Positions 48,943 through 60,241 are shown, counted from the stretch's first letter. The stretch is 64,000 nucleotides of DNA from Longimicrobiales bacterium (GCA_965219445.1 CBDCNQ010000005.1:1088001-1152000), one strand, 5' to 3'. Translations and numbers: made by a program. Notes: generated by a model from the letters alone, not told the origin.

Positions 48943-51596
48943 ATGTCCGACCCCGTCTCCCGCCTAAACGCAGCCCTCTCCGGCCGCTACGCCATCGAGC
49001 GCGAGCTCGGCGAAGGCGGCATGGCCACCGTCTACCTGGCCGATGACCTGAAGCACGAGCGGAAGGTCGCCCTCAAGGTCCTGAAGCCCGAATTGGCCGC
49101 CGTGGTCGGTGCCGAGCGGTTCCTGGCCGAGATCAAGACGACGGCAAACCTCCAGCATCCCCACATCCTCCCGCTGTTCGATTCAGGCCAGGCGGAGTCA
49201 TTCCTCTACTTCGTCATGCCGTACGTCGAGGGGGAAACCCTCCGCGATAAGCTGGAGCGGGAGAAGCAGTTAAGCGTCGAGGACGCCCTCGAGATTACGA
49301 AGAAGGTCGCCTCCGCCCTGGACTATGCCCACAAGCACGGCGTCGTACACCGTGACATCAAGCCCGCCAACGTCCTGCTGAGTGACGAAGGCGAGCCGAC
49401 CGTAGCCGACTTCGGAATAGCACTCGCCGTTCAGCAGGCGGGAGGGGGGCGGGTCACCGAAACGGGACTCAGCCTGGGGACTCCGCATTACATGAGTCCA
49501 GAGCAGGCCACGGGTGACCGGGACATCGGTCCCCGCTCGGATGTCTACGCACTGGGATGTGTTCTCTACGAAATGCTCACCGGAGAGCCGCCGTACACGG
49601 GTACGAGCGCCCAGGCCGTGCTGGCGAAGATCCTGACGGACGACGCACCTGCTGCGACGAAGGCTCGAGCATCCGTCCCGCCGAACGTGGACGCCGCGAT
49701 CCGTAACGCGCTGGAGAAGCTACCTGCGGACCGTTTCACGGCTGCGCAGGACTTCGCGAAGGCCCTCGACGATCCAGGCTTCAGGCACGGGGAGGAAGCT
49801 GTGGCGGGGGTGGCAGTAGGCCGAGGTCAGTGGACGGGGTTGGCGGTTACTACCACAGGGCTGGCGCTCGTCCTGGCGGTGGCTCTCGGCTGGTCGCTCC
49901 TCCGCCCCGAGTCATCACAGCCGGAGCCCGTAGTTCTCCGCGCAGGCCTCACGGGCTTCGACGTGAACCTCGGAGGGGGTGTGAGGTTTGCCATCTCCCA
50001 CGACGGCTCCCTGATCGCTGCGACGAGCCAGAGCAGCGGGCCGAACCTCTTCCTTCGCCGCGCCGATGAGATTCAGTTCCGTGAGATCCCAGGCACGGAG
50101 GACGCCGTCTACCCGACCTTCTCACCGGATGGAGAATGGCTGGCGTTCAGGCAAGGAGTGAATGAGATCATGCGTGTTCAGACATCGGGTGGGCCGGTAC
50201 TCCCGGTGGCCTCTGGTTCCCAGCCACACTGGGGCCTTGAGGACATGATCGTCTTTCAGGGCGACGGGCTTTACAGCGTGTCCCCCGCGGGGGGTGAGCC
50301 CACGCTTCTCTTGAGCAATGGCGACTCCCTTGTTGCCGGGCGACCGTTCCTGCTTCCCAATGGAGAGGCTGTTGTGTTCGAGGAGGGAGTAGATCTCGAA
50401 ACGAAGCGACTCATGATGGTGGAACTCGAATCTGGATCTGTGACCGACCTCGGGATCACGGGCAATGATCCCCAGTACGTTCCGACTGGCCATCTCGTGT
50501 TCGGACATGCGAGCCAGGCGTTGATGGCCGTCCCATTCGATCTCGCAAGCCACGAAGTGATGGGGGAGCCCTTCACGGTCCTGACTGATGTCAGGGTACG
50601 TGCTGGCGGCGCTACGCAGTTCGTGGTTTCGGAGACCGGGACCGCGCTGTATGGCCTTACAGGCTTCGGTGTAGGGGGAAACAATCAACTCGTGGAGGTG
50701 GACCTCAACGGAGTCGAGACGCAGTTACCGCTGGACTTTTCGGGGGTCGAATCTCCTCGGTACTCACCCAATGGCCGTTACATCGCCTACTATTTGGACC
50801 CCGAACTTCGGATCTACGACCGGGAAACCGGGGCGAACAACCGACTCTCTATTGCTAGTGGGGGCGTGAGCCGCTGGGCAGTATGGTCGGCCGACGGCCG
50901 CTACGTGTTCTTTGCTTCTAGGGAGGCGGTGGAGACCGTGGGCTACCGAAGGCTCTCGGACCTGTCTGAAGAGCCCGAGCCGATCTATCGGGGCGAAGGC
51001 AGCGTGTTTCCGGTCTCAGCATCTCCGTCGGGTGAGATGCTGATGAGTGGAGAGGTGAGCAGCGACCGTCGCCAGGACCTGCTGATCATGAGTGAGGGCC
51101 AGGACGGCATGGTCTTCACGCCTTATCTGAGGGCCGACTGGAACGAGTATAGCGGGGCGATCTCGCCCGACGGGGACTGGGTCGCATACGTGTCCGACGA
51201 GTCCGGCCAGCCCGAGGTCTATGTGCGATCGTTCCCAGACGCTACTGACCAAGTGCCGGTGTCGGTTGATGGTGGCATGGACCGGTCTGGTTACCCAACG
51301 GAACAGCGATCTACTACCGGTCTCTGGATGGCAACCAGGTGATGCGGACGTCGGTCACGTCTGAGGGAGGTTTCCGTACGGATACGCCCCAACTGGTGAT
51401 CGAGGGGAACTGGGCTGTAAGCACGGGCGGCGCGCCTTGGACGAGGCGCTGGGACGTGCACCCGGACGGCGATAGGTTCGTGCTCGCCCGGAGATTGGGG
51501 CCCGAAGTGGTGGACGCAGATGCACCGGGCCTTCCGGTCCGAATCGTTGTTAACTGGTTCGAGGAGCTGAGGGCACGAGCAGGGGCGGGGCGGTAG
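48943..51596 (+). pseudogene. Ser/Thr protein kinase + TM + PD40/TolB-like propeller, frameshifted near the 3' end
   Basis: GEGGMATV, ALK, HRDIKPAN, DFG, GTPHYMSPE; one base missing near 51277-51280 (GGC AT GGA CCG GTC TGG), after which GPVWLPNG...VVNWFEEL continues in another frame. Confidence 0.85.
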
Positions 51597-51947
51597 CTCC
51601 GCCGCAGTACCCCTGGCACTCAAGTTCGAGACATGAAACGGCCGTACGTATACTCACAGTGCAAAGATACGTACGCCTCTTTGGCGAGCGTGATCCATTT
51701 GTCGGTGATCCTCGCACTGGGGCGACTGTTGGTGTCGGCTGTGTGCTTCGATCAACGAGCTCGGGACAATAGAGTCGTCACGCCCCCTGGAAACTGTCAC
51801 AAGCCTCGACGATTTCCACGAACTCGCGTATGAGGGACTGGTTCCCCGCCAAGAACGCGCTCTGGCCGGGGTCTTCCATGTACCCGAACATGACGCAGTA
51901 CCATGCCTTTCGTTGCAATATGAGGATATGATCCTCATATTGCACAG

Positions 51948-53145
51948 ATGCTTCCTCGTACACTGCATCCATATCTGATCGAGGCCGCTGCGACCCTCCC
52001 GGTCGTAACGCTGACCGGTCCACGGCAGTCCGGGAAGACTACGCTGGTGCGAGCTGCCTTTCCGCAGCTCCCGTATTTCACGTTGGAGGCGCCCGACACC
52101 AGGGAGCGTGCGCTGGTCGATCCACGAGGCTTTCTGAGGGCGCTTCCAGACGGAGCGGTGTTGGACGAGATACAGCGCGCGCCGGATCTGCTTTCCTACA
52201 ATCCAGGGAATCGTGGACGAGGACCCGCGTCCCGGGCGATTCATCCTCACGGGATCCCAAAACCTGCTGCTGCTGGACGGGGTCTCTCAGACGCTCTCTG
52301 GACGCACCCGCATCCTCAACCTGCATCCCTTTTCTCTGTCCGAACTCGAGCGGCGCGAACCGTGGGACCCGGAGTCCGCCTCGGTTCCGACCCCCCCGGG
52401 CGCGGTCGCAGCCGAGCGTTCGTTGCATCCTACGCTGCACACGGGCTTCTACCCGCGGATCCACGATCGCGGATTGGACCCGGTGCCGTGGCTCGCAGAC
52501 TACCGGGCAACTTATGTCGAGCGCGACGTCAGACAGATTGTGAACGTGCAAGAACTGGAAGTCTTCGCACGCTTTCTCGGCCTGAGTGCCGGCCGGAACG
52601 GTCAGGTCCTCAACGTGTCCTCACTCGGCAACGATGTGGGCGTCGATCACACCACCGCTCGCCGATGGCTGGCAATCCTCGAAGCCAGCTTCCTCATTGC
52701 GCTCCTCCGACCGCATCATCGAAACTTCGGAAAACGGCTGATCAAGAGCCCAAAGATCTATTTTCTCGATCCCGGCCTGCTCTGTTCTCTCCTTGGGATC
52801 CGCAATGCGGATGACTTGGGGGTTCACGCATCGCGTGGCGCCATCTTCGAGTCGTTCGTTCTGGCCGAGCTGGTCAAGGCATACGCGCATCGGGGCCGAC
52901 GTCCGCTGGTATTCTTCTGGAGGGACTCCTCGGGTCACGAGATCGACTTCCTGATCGAGCAGGGCTCGCGCCTGTTGGCGATCGAGGCGAAATCCGGGGA
53001 GACAGCGCCCTCAAGCTTCTTCGACGGGCTCGCATGGTGGCGGCAGCTTACAGGCGATCCCCAGACGCCCGCGCTGCTCCTGTACGGCGGTGACGAGGCC
53101 TTCACGCACCGGGGCATCTCCGCCCGGTCCTGGCGGACACTCTAA
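51948..53145 (+). pseudogene. AAA_14 + DUF4143 ATPase, frameshifted
   Basis: GPRQSGKTT, LDEIQ, then an extra A at ~52200 (TAC A ATC CAG); FILTGS, LSGR, PKIYFLDPG, EIDF...EAK follow in a shifted frame. Confidence 0.88.
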
Positions 53146-53233
53146 CTCTAGCTCCGGGATCCTGGATTCGATCGACGCGCGCGTGGCACCACCGATCCGC
53201 CGAAACGGGGGGTGTCAGCACAAGCACAAGCCG

Positions 53234-53314
53234 GGGGGTGTGACGCCCTATCGGAGACGGTCCGCCGCGAAGCGGTGGAGCGAAGCGCCGGCGGAGAGAG
53301 GGACTCACACCCTC
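53234..53314. repeat. REP-like hairpin repeat, copy 2 (inverted relative to copy 1)
   Basis: Stem GGGTGTGA/TCACACCC around the same 50-nt core. Confidence 0.8.
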
Positions 53315-53341
53315 TCAGCGCTGCCCGCAGCTCACCCCCGG

Positions 53342-54556
53342 TTATTCGTACCGAAGCGCGTCGATCGGATCCAACTTTGCAGCGCGCTGCGCCGGCAGGA
53401 TCCCGAAGAACAGCCCAATAGCCCCTGAAAACAGAACCGCCGCAAGCACGACTTCCGGCGCGATGGCCGTGTCCCACCCCTGCACGCGCTCGAGCACTTC
53501 CGCGCCCCCGAACCCCGCAGCCACACCCAGGATGCCTCCCATCACACACAGCACCAGAGCCTCGATCAAGAACTGGAAGAGGATCGCCTTGCGCGTCGCC
53601 CCGAGGGCCTTCCGCACGCCGATCTCTCGCGTCCGCTCCGTCACGCTCACGAGCATGATGTTCATGATCCCGATACCACCGACGAGTAGGCTGATCCCGG
53701 CGATTCCGGCAAGCAGGTAGGTGAAGGTCTGTGCGGTCGCATTGAACGTCTCGACCAGATCACTGGAGTTGCGAATTTGGAAATCCACATTCTCGCCCGG
53801 CCGGATGCGGTGCTCGCGCCGCATGATGCGATCGATCTCGCCGTACGCCTGGTCCATCGCATCCGTCGAGGGTACTTGAGCGAAGATCGAGGAGAGGCGG
53901 CTACGGCCCCCGAACACTCTGTATTGTGCGGTGCTCGTGGGGACGTACACCACCTCGTCGGGGCGATTGAATCCGGCGTCGCCCTTCTCCTCCAGGACAC
54001 CGAGGACCTCGAACGGCTGGCCCCGGATCTGAATGGTCTTGCCGACAAGGAGGGCAGCAGGCGTCTCGAGCTCCTCGGGCACGGAGTAACCGAGCACGGC
54101 CACCCGGCGTCGCCCCTGCACATGTCCCTGGTCAAAGATCTCCCCGTGCTCGACGTTGAGGTTGTACATCCCGAAGTACTCAGGCCAGACGCCCCGTACT
54201 TGGTTGTTGGAGTTCCAACGGAGGTATGAGAGCTGGACCCTCGAGCTGATTTCGGGCGAGACCGTCAGCAGACCGCCCGACTCGCTTCGGAGTGCCTCGG
54301 CGTCGGCCACCTCCAGGTCCTCCGTATCTACTGTCGAGACCCCGCCGGAGCGCCGCCGTTGAGCCCGGATCGTCAGGACGTTGGTGCCCATACGCGAGAT
54401 CTGGTCCTCGACGTTGCGCTGCGCGCCCTCGCCCAGCGCCACCATGGCGATCACAGCGGCGACGCCGATGATGATTCCGAGCGTCGTGAGAAAAGACCGC
54501 AACGCGTTGGCACGAATGGCGCCGAGGGCCACCAAAACGATTTCGCGAATCAGCAT
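53342..54556 (-). CDS. MacB/FtsX-family ABC permease
   Basis: RSFLTTLGIIIGV, GGIGIMNIMLVSVTERTREIGVRKALGA, DPIDALRYE. Confidence 0.93.
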   Translation of the reverse strand: MLIREIVLVALGAIRANALRSFLTTLGIIIGVAAVIAMVALGEGAQRNVEDQISRMGTNVLTIRAQRRRSGGVSTVDTEDLEVADAEALRSESGGLLTVSPEISSRVQLSYLRWNSNNQVRGVWPEYFGMYNLNVEHGEIFDQGHVQGRRRVAVLGYSVPEELETPAALLVGKTIQIRGQPFEVLGVLEEKGDAGFNRPDEVVYVPTSTAQYRVFGGRSRLSSIFAQVPSTDAMDQAYGEIDRIMRREHRIRPGENVDFQIRNSSDLVETFNATAQTFTYLLAGIAGISLLVGGIGIMNIMLVSVTERTREIGVRKALGATRKAILFQFLIEALVLCVMGGILGVAAGFGGAEVLERVQGWDTAIAPEVVLAAVLFSGAIGLFFGILPAQRAAKLDPIDALRYE

Positions 54557-54562
54557 TACGGC

Positions 54563-56002
54563 CTACCGGAATCTCCTGATCCCGCTCGGTCCGCCGCCGC
54601 CGAACGGGTTTGAGTTGTTCGAGCGAATCCGGTCGAGGAATTCGTCCTGCTGGGCTCTCAACTGAGCAGCTCCGACGATCGCGATCAGCTCGCCCTCCTC
54701 AAGGCCACTCACGACCTCGGTGACGTCCCAGTCGTTGAGCCCGATCATCACCGCCCGGGGTTCGATCATCCCGTCCTCGGCCATGACGAAGACCACGGCA
54801 CGGCGCGCCTGTCTCTGCCGATCCACGACCTCTTGTTCACCCTGCCCTGTCTGGGCCCCTCGCCCAAAATCTCCGGTACCGCGGAAACCACCAGGTCCAG
54901 CCGACCCCCTTCCCTCCCCGAATTCACGGCCTCCTGGGGCACCACCCCCCTGTGCGTCCCTTCGAGCGCCGGCCGGACGTCCGCCGGGAGTGCCCGCCCC
55001 GCCGCGGCCACCTCCACGGCCCAACCCCGCAAGGAGAGCACGCGTGTCGATCGCCTCGGGGTCGAGCCCGAGCACCATCGCCGCCGGCTGCGCGTCTTGC
55101 GGCGTTACCACCGCGTTGTTCGGGATCAGGAGCACCCCAGGCGCCTGGGCAAGCTCGATCTCGACCTCGGCGTTCATCCCGGGGCGAAGCAGCCCCGAAC
55201 TGTTGTCGAGCTGCACGATCACAGGGAACATCGTGACGTTCTGCTGCACGACCGCCTGGGGCTCGATCTTCTCCACGACCCCGACGAAACGCCGTTCGGG
55301 ATAGGCCTCCACGGTGACGCTTGTCCGCATTTCCGGTCGGATCTCACCCATGTCGGTCTCATCCACGAGGGTCCGCACCTGCATGGACTCGAGGTTTGCC
55401 ATGATCACCAGCGTGGTTCCGCCCGAGACGTTTTGGGATGCCGACTGGATGACCTGACCCTCCTCGACGTTCTTCTCGAGGACGGTACCCGCCAGTGGCG
55501 CTCGGATGATCACGTCGTCCAAGCGGAGCTGCGCCAACTCGTGGTTGGTCTCGGCCTTGACCAGCGTCGCCCGGGAATTGGCAAAGTCCAGATTCCTGCT
55601 CTCGTGCTCTTGAGTGGAGATGACGCCCGATCGCAACAACTGTTCGGAACGCTCCAGTTGGGCCTGAGAGATCTCCAACCTGGCTCGCGCGACCTCCAAG
55701 TCCGCCTCCGCCTGGTCGAACGCGTTCCGGACGTCCCGAGGATCGACCTCGGCGAGGAGCGCGCCGGGTTCCACCTCGTCGCCAACGTCGACGTAAAGCC
55801 GAAGGACCTCCCCCGATGCTTTGGACGTGACCTCCACCGTGCGGATGGGCTCCACATTACCGGTGGCCTCCGCGGTAATCATAAGATTCCCGCGCGTGAC
55901 GGCGGCGGTCTGGAGCGACGGCGCCTCGTCTGCCTCACTGGTTCCACAAGCCACGACGACGGGAGTCAATATGGCAGCACCCCACGATCTCATCCGCCTC
56001 AT
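54563..56002 (-). CDS. MacA-like periplasmic adaptor (lipoprotein)
   Basis: VVAC lipobox, IRAPLAG, VDETD, LRPGMNA; Gly-rich insertion. Confidence 0.9.
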   Translation of the reverse strand: MRRMRSWGAAILTPVVVACGTSEADEAPSLQTAAVTRGNLMITAEATGNVEPIRTVEVTSKASGEVLRLYVDVGDEVEPGALLAEVDPRDVRNAFDQAEADLEVARARLEISQAQLERSEQLLRSGVISTQEHESRNLDFANSRATLVKAETNHELAQLRLDDVIIRAPLAGTVLEKNVEEGQVIQSASQNVSGGTTLVIMANLESMQVRTLVDETDMGEIRPEMRTSVTVEAYPERRFVGVVEKIEPQAVVQQNVTMFPVIVQLDNSSGLLRPGMNAEVEIELAQAPGVLLIPNNAVVTPQDAQPAAMVLGLDPEAIDTRALLAGLGRGGGRGGAGTPGGRPAGARRDAQGGGAPGGREFGEGRGSAGPGGFRGTGDFGRGAQTGQGEQEVVDRQRQARRAVVFVMAEDGMIEPRAVMIGLNDWDVTEVVSGLEEGELIAIVGAAQLRAQQDEFLDRIRSNNSNPFGGGGPSGIRRFR

Positions 56003-56706
56003 ATGCGCGCCTCTACGTGTGACGTCTGGAAATCCTTTGCGATCAGACCGTCGTGCAGGTGGACCTGTCGCCGTGAGTGCTCGGCAACGTGCCGCTCGTG
56101 CGTGACCAGCACGATGGTCTGGCCCTTGCCGTTCAACTCGACAAAAATGCTCATGATCTCCTCGCCCGTCACCGAGTCGAGGTTTCCCGTGGGCTCGTCC
56201 GCGAGGAGAAGCGCGGGATCGTTGGCCAGAGCCCTGGCGACGGCAACACGTTGTCTCTGTCCTCCGGACAGTTCCGGTGGGCGGTGGTCCATTCGGTCGG
56301 AGAGTCCCACCAACTCTAGCTTACCCTCGGCCCGCTCCTTCCGTTCTTTGGCACCAATCCCCGCATAGATGAGCGGGAGCTCCACATTATGGAGCGCGGT
56401 AGCGCGGGGAAGAAGGTTGAAGGTCTGAAAGACGAACCCGATCTCGCGGTTCCGAATGCGCGCGAGTTCGTCGTCACTCAGTTCGCTGACTCGCTCACCG
56501 TTCAGCCAATAGTCTCCCTCCGTCGGCGTATCCAGGCACCCGATCAGGTTCATGAAGGTGGACTTCCCACTCCCGGACGGACCCATGACGGCCACGAACT
56601 CTCCGGGACGAATCTCCAGGTCGACGTCACGCAGCGCGCGTATGGTCTCGGCGCCGAGGACATAGTCCTTACCAAGCCCTCGAGTCCGAATGATCAAATC
56701 GCTCAC
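55999..56706 (-). CDS. MacB/LolD-type ABC ATPase
   Basis: [27 protein letters not shown]. Confidence 0.93.
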   Translation of the reverse strand: MSDLIIRTRGLGKDYVLGAETIRALRDVDLEIRPGEFVAVMGPSGSGKSTFMNLIGCLDTPTEGDYWLNGERVSELSDDELARIRNREIGFVFQTFNLLPRATALHNVELPLIYAGIGAKERKERAEGKLELVGLSDRMDHRPPELSGGQRQRVAVARALANDPALLLADEPTGNLDSVTGEEIMSIFVELNGKGQTIVLVTHERHVAEHSRRQVHLHDGLIAKDFQTSHVEARI

Positions 56707-56785
56707 GGATCCCTCCCTAGGATTGCCTCGAGCTGGGTGTAGCCGCTGCTCAGATTCGTGCTAGGAATCTGGGCGGTCAAAAGCC

Positions 56786-57202
56786 CTATTTGTTTGAGTT
56801 GCGACGCCGTTCAGCGCGCCTCGCGTCGCGCTCCGCAAGCAATACTTCGTACCTCCTACGTTGATCGTCGGTGAGCACCTGCTTGATTTCCTCTCGCAGA
56901 TCAGCGATTACGGCCCGGTACCGCGGCTGGAACTCCTTGTCCAACTCAGACATACGCTGCCGGTGGAATACTACGAGCGAGTCGACGTCGACCTTTTGGA
57001 CGGCGCTGAGACCGACGTTGTCGACGATCAGCCGGCGGCGACCCCGCTCCCTTCCGGACTGCCTATCCGCACGGACTTCCCCGGGCGGGCTCGCACTGGC
57101 CGTCTGGTCCCATGCGAGCCCGACGACGATACCGCTTCCGAAGAGGAGAACCAATGCGATCCCGGCAACCATCTTCGCTCTCAAGGCGCTTGGCCTAATC
57201 AT
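56786..57202 (-). CDS. Periplasmic helical protein (Spy/CpxP/ZraP-like)
   Basis: N-terminal TM; GLSAVQ and VLTDDQ LTxxQ-like repeats. Confidence 0.6.
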   Translation of the reverse strand: MIRPSALRAKMVAGIALVLLFGSGIVVGLAWDQTASASPPGEVRADRQSGRERGRRRLIVDNVGLSAVQKVDVDSLVVFHRQRMSELDKEFQPRYRAVIADLREEIKQVLTDDQRRRYEVLLAERDARRAERRRNSNK

Positions 57203-57606
57203 CAGAACGTCACCTCGACCAACAGGAAGGGATCATCCACTTCGGACTGATCCATCAACTGTGGCAGGGAGCGGTCTTCGAGCTCCACCGTGAGTGCCTC
57301 CTCGATGTCCCATTCAGGGGTCGTCCGGCCTCGCAGAAAAAGCACACTCGCTATCGCCGCCGCGATCGCCGCGGCACGAATGACCGTTCGGGACCACGAC
57401 TGAAGGAAGTCGGAGACCCCCGCCTCCGCCACGAGACGTCGCCTCGATAATTCATCGTCCGCCCGTGCCATCACCAAAGACCGGAACCGGGACCAGTATC
57501 CAGGATCATCGAGTCCCGGGTCGAGGATAGCCAGGCGGTGGTCCGGTCCCGGGGCGCCATCGCTCCCTTGCGGGCCGAAGCGCCCCCTCGGCGCGTCGCT
57601 CATCAT
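57202..57606 (-). CDS. Putative anti-sigma factor (single TM)
   Basis: Overlaps the ECF sigma stop; one Ala-rich TM helix. Confidence 0.55.
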   Translation of the reverse strand: MMSDAPRGRFGPQGSDGAPGPDHRLAILDPGLDDPGYWSRFRSLVMARADDELSRRRLVAEAGVSDFLQSWSRTVIRAAAIAAAIASVLFLRGRTTPEWDIEEALTVELEDRSLPQLMDQSEVDDPFLLVEVTF

Positions 57607-58196
57607 GCTGTTCTCCCTACTCTCCGTAAGTTTTCACTTTCGGCGGCGACGTGTGCCAGATCCGAGTCCCGCCGTAAGGACTTTCTTGCAAAGTGGAGGT
57701 GCGATCGGACCGTCCCCGAAGGGATTCCAAGGTGCTCCGAAATCTCGCGATGCCTCCAACCCTCGAGATCGTGAAGGAGCACGATCTCCCTTTGGACCTC
57801 CGAAAGCCGCCGGAGCGCGTCTCTCAGCCGTTCCTGAAGTTCTACATGCTCCGCCGCCTTGTCCGGTGTCCGGCTCCGGGTGGCAGCCGTCTCAGGTACG
57901 GCATCCGTATCTCGTAGAACCTCACGACGCACCAAGTTGCGAGCGCGGTTTCGTACGATGGTCATAAGCCAACCGGCGAATCGGGCGGGAATCCTGCAAT
58001 CATCGAGTCGCTCGAGGGCGACCATGAACCCCTCCTGTGTAGCGTCCTCGGCATCGTCATGGCGACCCGTGACCGACAGGCTGACCGCATAGGCAGCACG
58101 CATGTATCGGCCCACGAGAGTCCCAAGGGCCTCACCATCACCGGCCTGTGCTCTCCGGACCAATAGCTCGTCCGACACACTCTCCGTTTCACCCAT
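57603..58196 (-). CDS. ECF RNA polymerase sigma factor (intact)
   Basis: DAEDATQE, FAGWLMTIVRN, region 4 LHDLEGWRHREISEHLGIPSGTVRSHLHFAR; true start may be a few codons downstream. Confidence 0.92.
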   Translation of the reverse strand: MGETESVSDELLVRRAQAGDGEALGTLVGRYMRAAYAVSLSVTGRHDDAEDATQEGFMVALERLDDCRIPARFAGWLMTIVRNRARNLVRREVLRDTDAVPETAATRSRTPDKAAEHVELQERLRDALRRLSEVQREIVLLHDLEGWRHREISEHLGIPSGTVRSHLHFARKSLRRDSDLAHVAAESENLRRVGRTA

Positions 58197-58224
58197 TAGA
58201 CACCCCTGCCGCCCTCCGTGTTGA
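58196..58224 (-). promoter_or_regulatory. ECF-type promoter upstream of the intact ECF sigma gene
   Basis: Minus strand TCAAC-N18-GTCTAA. Confidence 0.45.
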
Positions 58225-58240
58225 GCGTCTTTCGCTCTTG

Positions 58241-58819
58241 CTACTCCTGAGACGCCTCATCCACTCGTTCCGTTAGGGGAGCGACCGATCTTGCCTTGGC
58301 GAGGAGCTCGGACAATAGGAGTTCCGGCAGTTCTTCCAGAGATCTCCCCGCTGTGAGTATGTCCCCGCAAGCCACAGAGGGGTCGGCTGCGGTGTAAAAA
58401 GACAGGTGCATCATCGGAGCCCCCGAATCGATGGCCAAGCCCGTTGATGTCTGGCCACAAAGACGAACGATCCACTCGCACCCGTCGTACTCGAAACTCC
58501 GATGTGGAAGCTCCGTGAGGGGGGTGGGCTTCAATTGGGGCCTCTGGGGTTCCTCACGGCCCGACGTGACCCGGTTTCTGTCGGGTCGGTTGTTTCGACC
58601 AGCCTTCCTTCTGCGAGATGGGCCCTTCCCGCGAGGGCCCGCTGGACGCTCACGTTGACCGCGGAGACCCGGGGCCTTCGACGTGGGCAGGCTGCCCGGC
58701 GCGTCCGACTTTGGAGCGGAGCGCGGTGCGGGCTCCCCTACGACCTCCCTGATCGGGATCGGCTTGGGTTTGCCTTTTACGTCTTTGTTGAGGTCATTCT
58801 GGTCCATGTGCGCGTCCAT
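58241..58819 (-). CDS. Hypothetical protein (disordered basic N-terminus, small folded C-terminus)
   Basis: Fills the gap between neighbours; no family recognised. Confidence 0.55.
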   Translation of the reverse strand: MDAHMDQNDLNKDVKGKPKPIPIREVVGEPAPRSAPKSDAPGSLPTSKAPGLRGQRERPAGPRGKGPSRRRKAGRNNRPDRNRVTSGREEPQRPQLKPTPLTELPHRSFEYDGCEWIVRLCGQTSTGLAIDSGAPMMHLSFYTAADPSVACGDILTAGRSLEELPELLLSELLAKARSVAPLTERVDEASQE

Positions 58820-58991
58820 CTGGGTTGACGAGGAAAATGGTGATACTCTTCCGGGCTCGCTATGGTGCGCAACGGTTTCGTCGTTGCGGATGGGCGATTT
58901 TTCTTTGTTGGCTGACGACAGCGCCAGGTTTTAGCTTTCAAGGGGACGTATGGGGAATCTCACCAGCCGATGCCGGCGATAAGACACGGGC

Positions 58992-59468
58992 ATGACCGAA
59001 GGCACCGTAAATACCAGTGGTGCGAAGCACGAATACGGCCAACTGCTTCATTTGCACACGCGCTTGCTGAGCCAGCTCCGGGAGATTCGTGATCATCTGA
59101 TCGCCCCTGGCACCCTCGAGATCCTTGCCGCGATTCGGCGTCGCACCGGAGCGGATCCCGATTCTGCCCTGTCCGAGATCACTACTGCGGTCGAACAGGC
59201 CATTCGCGCGTTGAAGCTGAGTGAGGGGCAGATCCGCGATGAGGTCATGGAAGATTACGAGCAAGCTGAAGTCGACGGCATCGGTAACCTACCGGCCACG
59301 CTGGCCCGCTTCCTCGCCGAACGCATGGAAATGCCCGGTTTCACCTACGAGGTGATCCACGACGAGAACCGCGGCTGGATCATCTTGTGGAAGGAATACA
59401 CCCAAACGGGCTCGGTTCGTGGCTCCGGCCAGTTCTACGAGCGCCCCTACGCCTGGATCGACGAGTAA
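58992..59468 (+). CDS. Hypothetical protein
   Basis: Protein-like composition, helical N-terminus and aromatic-rich C-terminus (GQFYERPYAW). Confidence 0.7.
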   Translation: MTEGTVNTSGAKHEYGQLLHLHTRLLSQLREIRDHLIAPGTLEILAAIRRRTGADPDSALSEITTAVEQAIRALKLSEGQIRDEVMEDYEQAEVDGIGNLPATLARFLAERMEMPGFTYEVIHDENRGWIILWKEYTQTGSVRGSGQFYERPYAWIDE

Positions 59469-59514
59469 CACCCCGAATCGTCCCGGGCGAAGCGGCGACC
59501 GACGGCTCCACGGC

Positions 59515-60096
59515 CTACTTGCGCGAAGCCCCCCGAGATCTCACGACTCCCCCCTGCAGGGTCGACAACGCCTCGGCTCCGTAGAACATCTTGATGTACC
59601 GAGCTTGCGTCGGTGTGACCCGCCGGACCGTCCACACCAACCGGACATAGTTCGGCTCTCGCGGCTCGGTCAGGAGCCTCATACCGGCCTCCACAGGTAA
59701 ACGATCTCCCTTCCGGTTGTTACACGGGGAACATGACGAAACCAGATTTTGCCAAGAGTTGTCTCCACCCCGGGACAGCGGACGGATATGGTCGCGCGTG
59801 AGGAACTGCCGGCCCCTGAGTTCCCCACGATGACGGCCACAGTACTGGCATTTGTACTCGTCTCTGGCAAACAGGAAAGTGTTCGTGACCTGGCGGCGGA
59901 AGCGACGCGGTACATGGACGAAGCGCACGAGCCGGATCACCGTCGGGAACGGTAGTTCGGTCGTCGGGGATCGGAACGCCCGTGCCTTATCCACCTCGAG
60001 GATCTCGGCCTTTTGGTCGAGAACCAAACGAATGGCACGCCGAGCCGGAATAATGGTCAGCGGCTCGAAAGACGCATTCAAGGCCAGGCAGCCCAT
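59515..60096 (-). CDS. HNH endonuclease (McrA-like, LNASxEPL type)
   Basis: LNASFEPL, RD..CQYC, DHIRPLSRGG..W.N...C..CN..K; ATG 60096 behind GGAGG. Confidence 0.9.
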   Translation of the reverse strand: MGCLALNASFEPLTIIPARRAIRLVLDQKAEILEVDKARAFRSPTTELPFPTVIRLVRFVHVPRRFRRQVTNTFLFARDEYKCQYCGRHRGELRGRQFLTRDHIRPLSRGGDNSWQNLVSSCSPCNNRKGDRLPVEAGMRLLTEPREPNYVRLVWTVRRVTPTQARYIKMFYGAEALSTLQGGVVRSRGASRK

Positions 60097-60241
60097 AACT
60101 AGAACATCCTCCCTGCCAACGGTACTTTTTGGAGCCCTCGAGACCCACTCGACCGGGGACGCAAGCGTCGCCGGCCAGTTCCCAGAATCACCCACCTTTT
60201 TCTTGTACCGCACAAACCTAATGAGGCTCCCCAGGGCTCCG

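Noticed and set aside
59515..60096. HNH nuclease as a defence or RNA-guided (IscB/Cas-like) system
   Set aside because: Small stand-alone protein of a common family, with no RuvC motifs, array, methyltransferase or clear ncRNA beside it.
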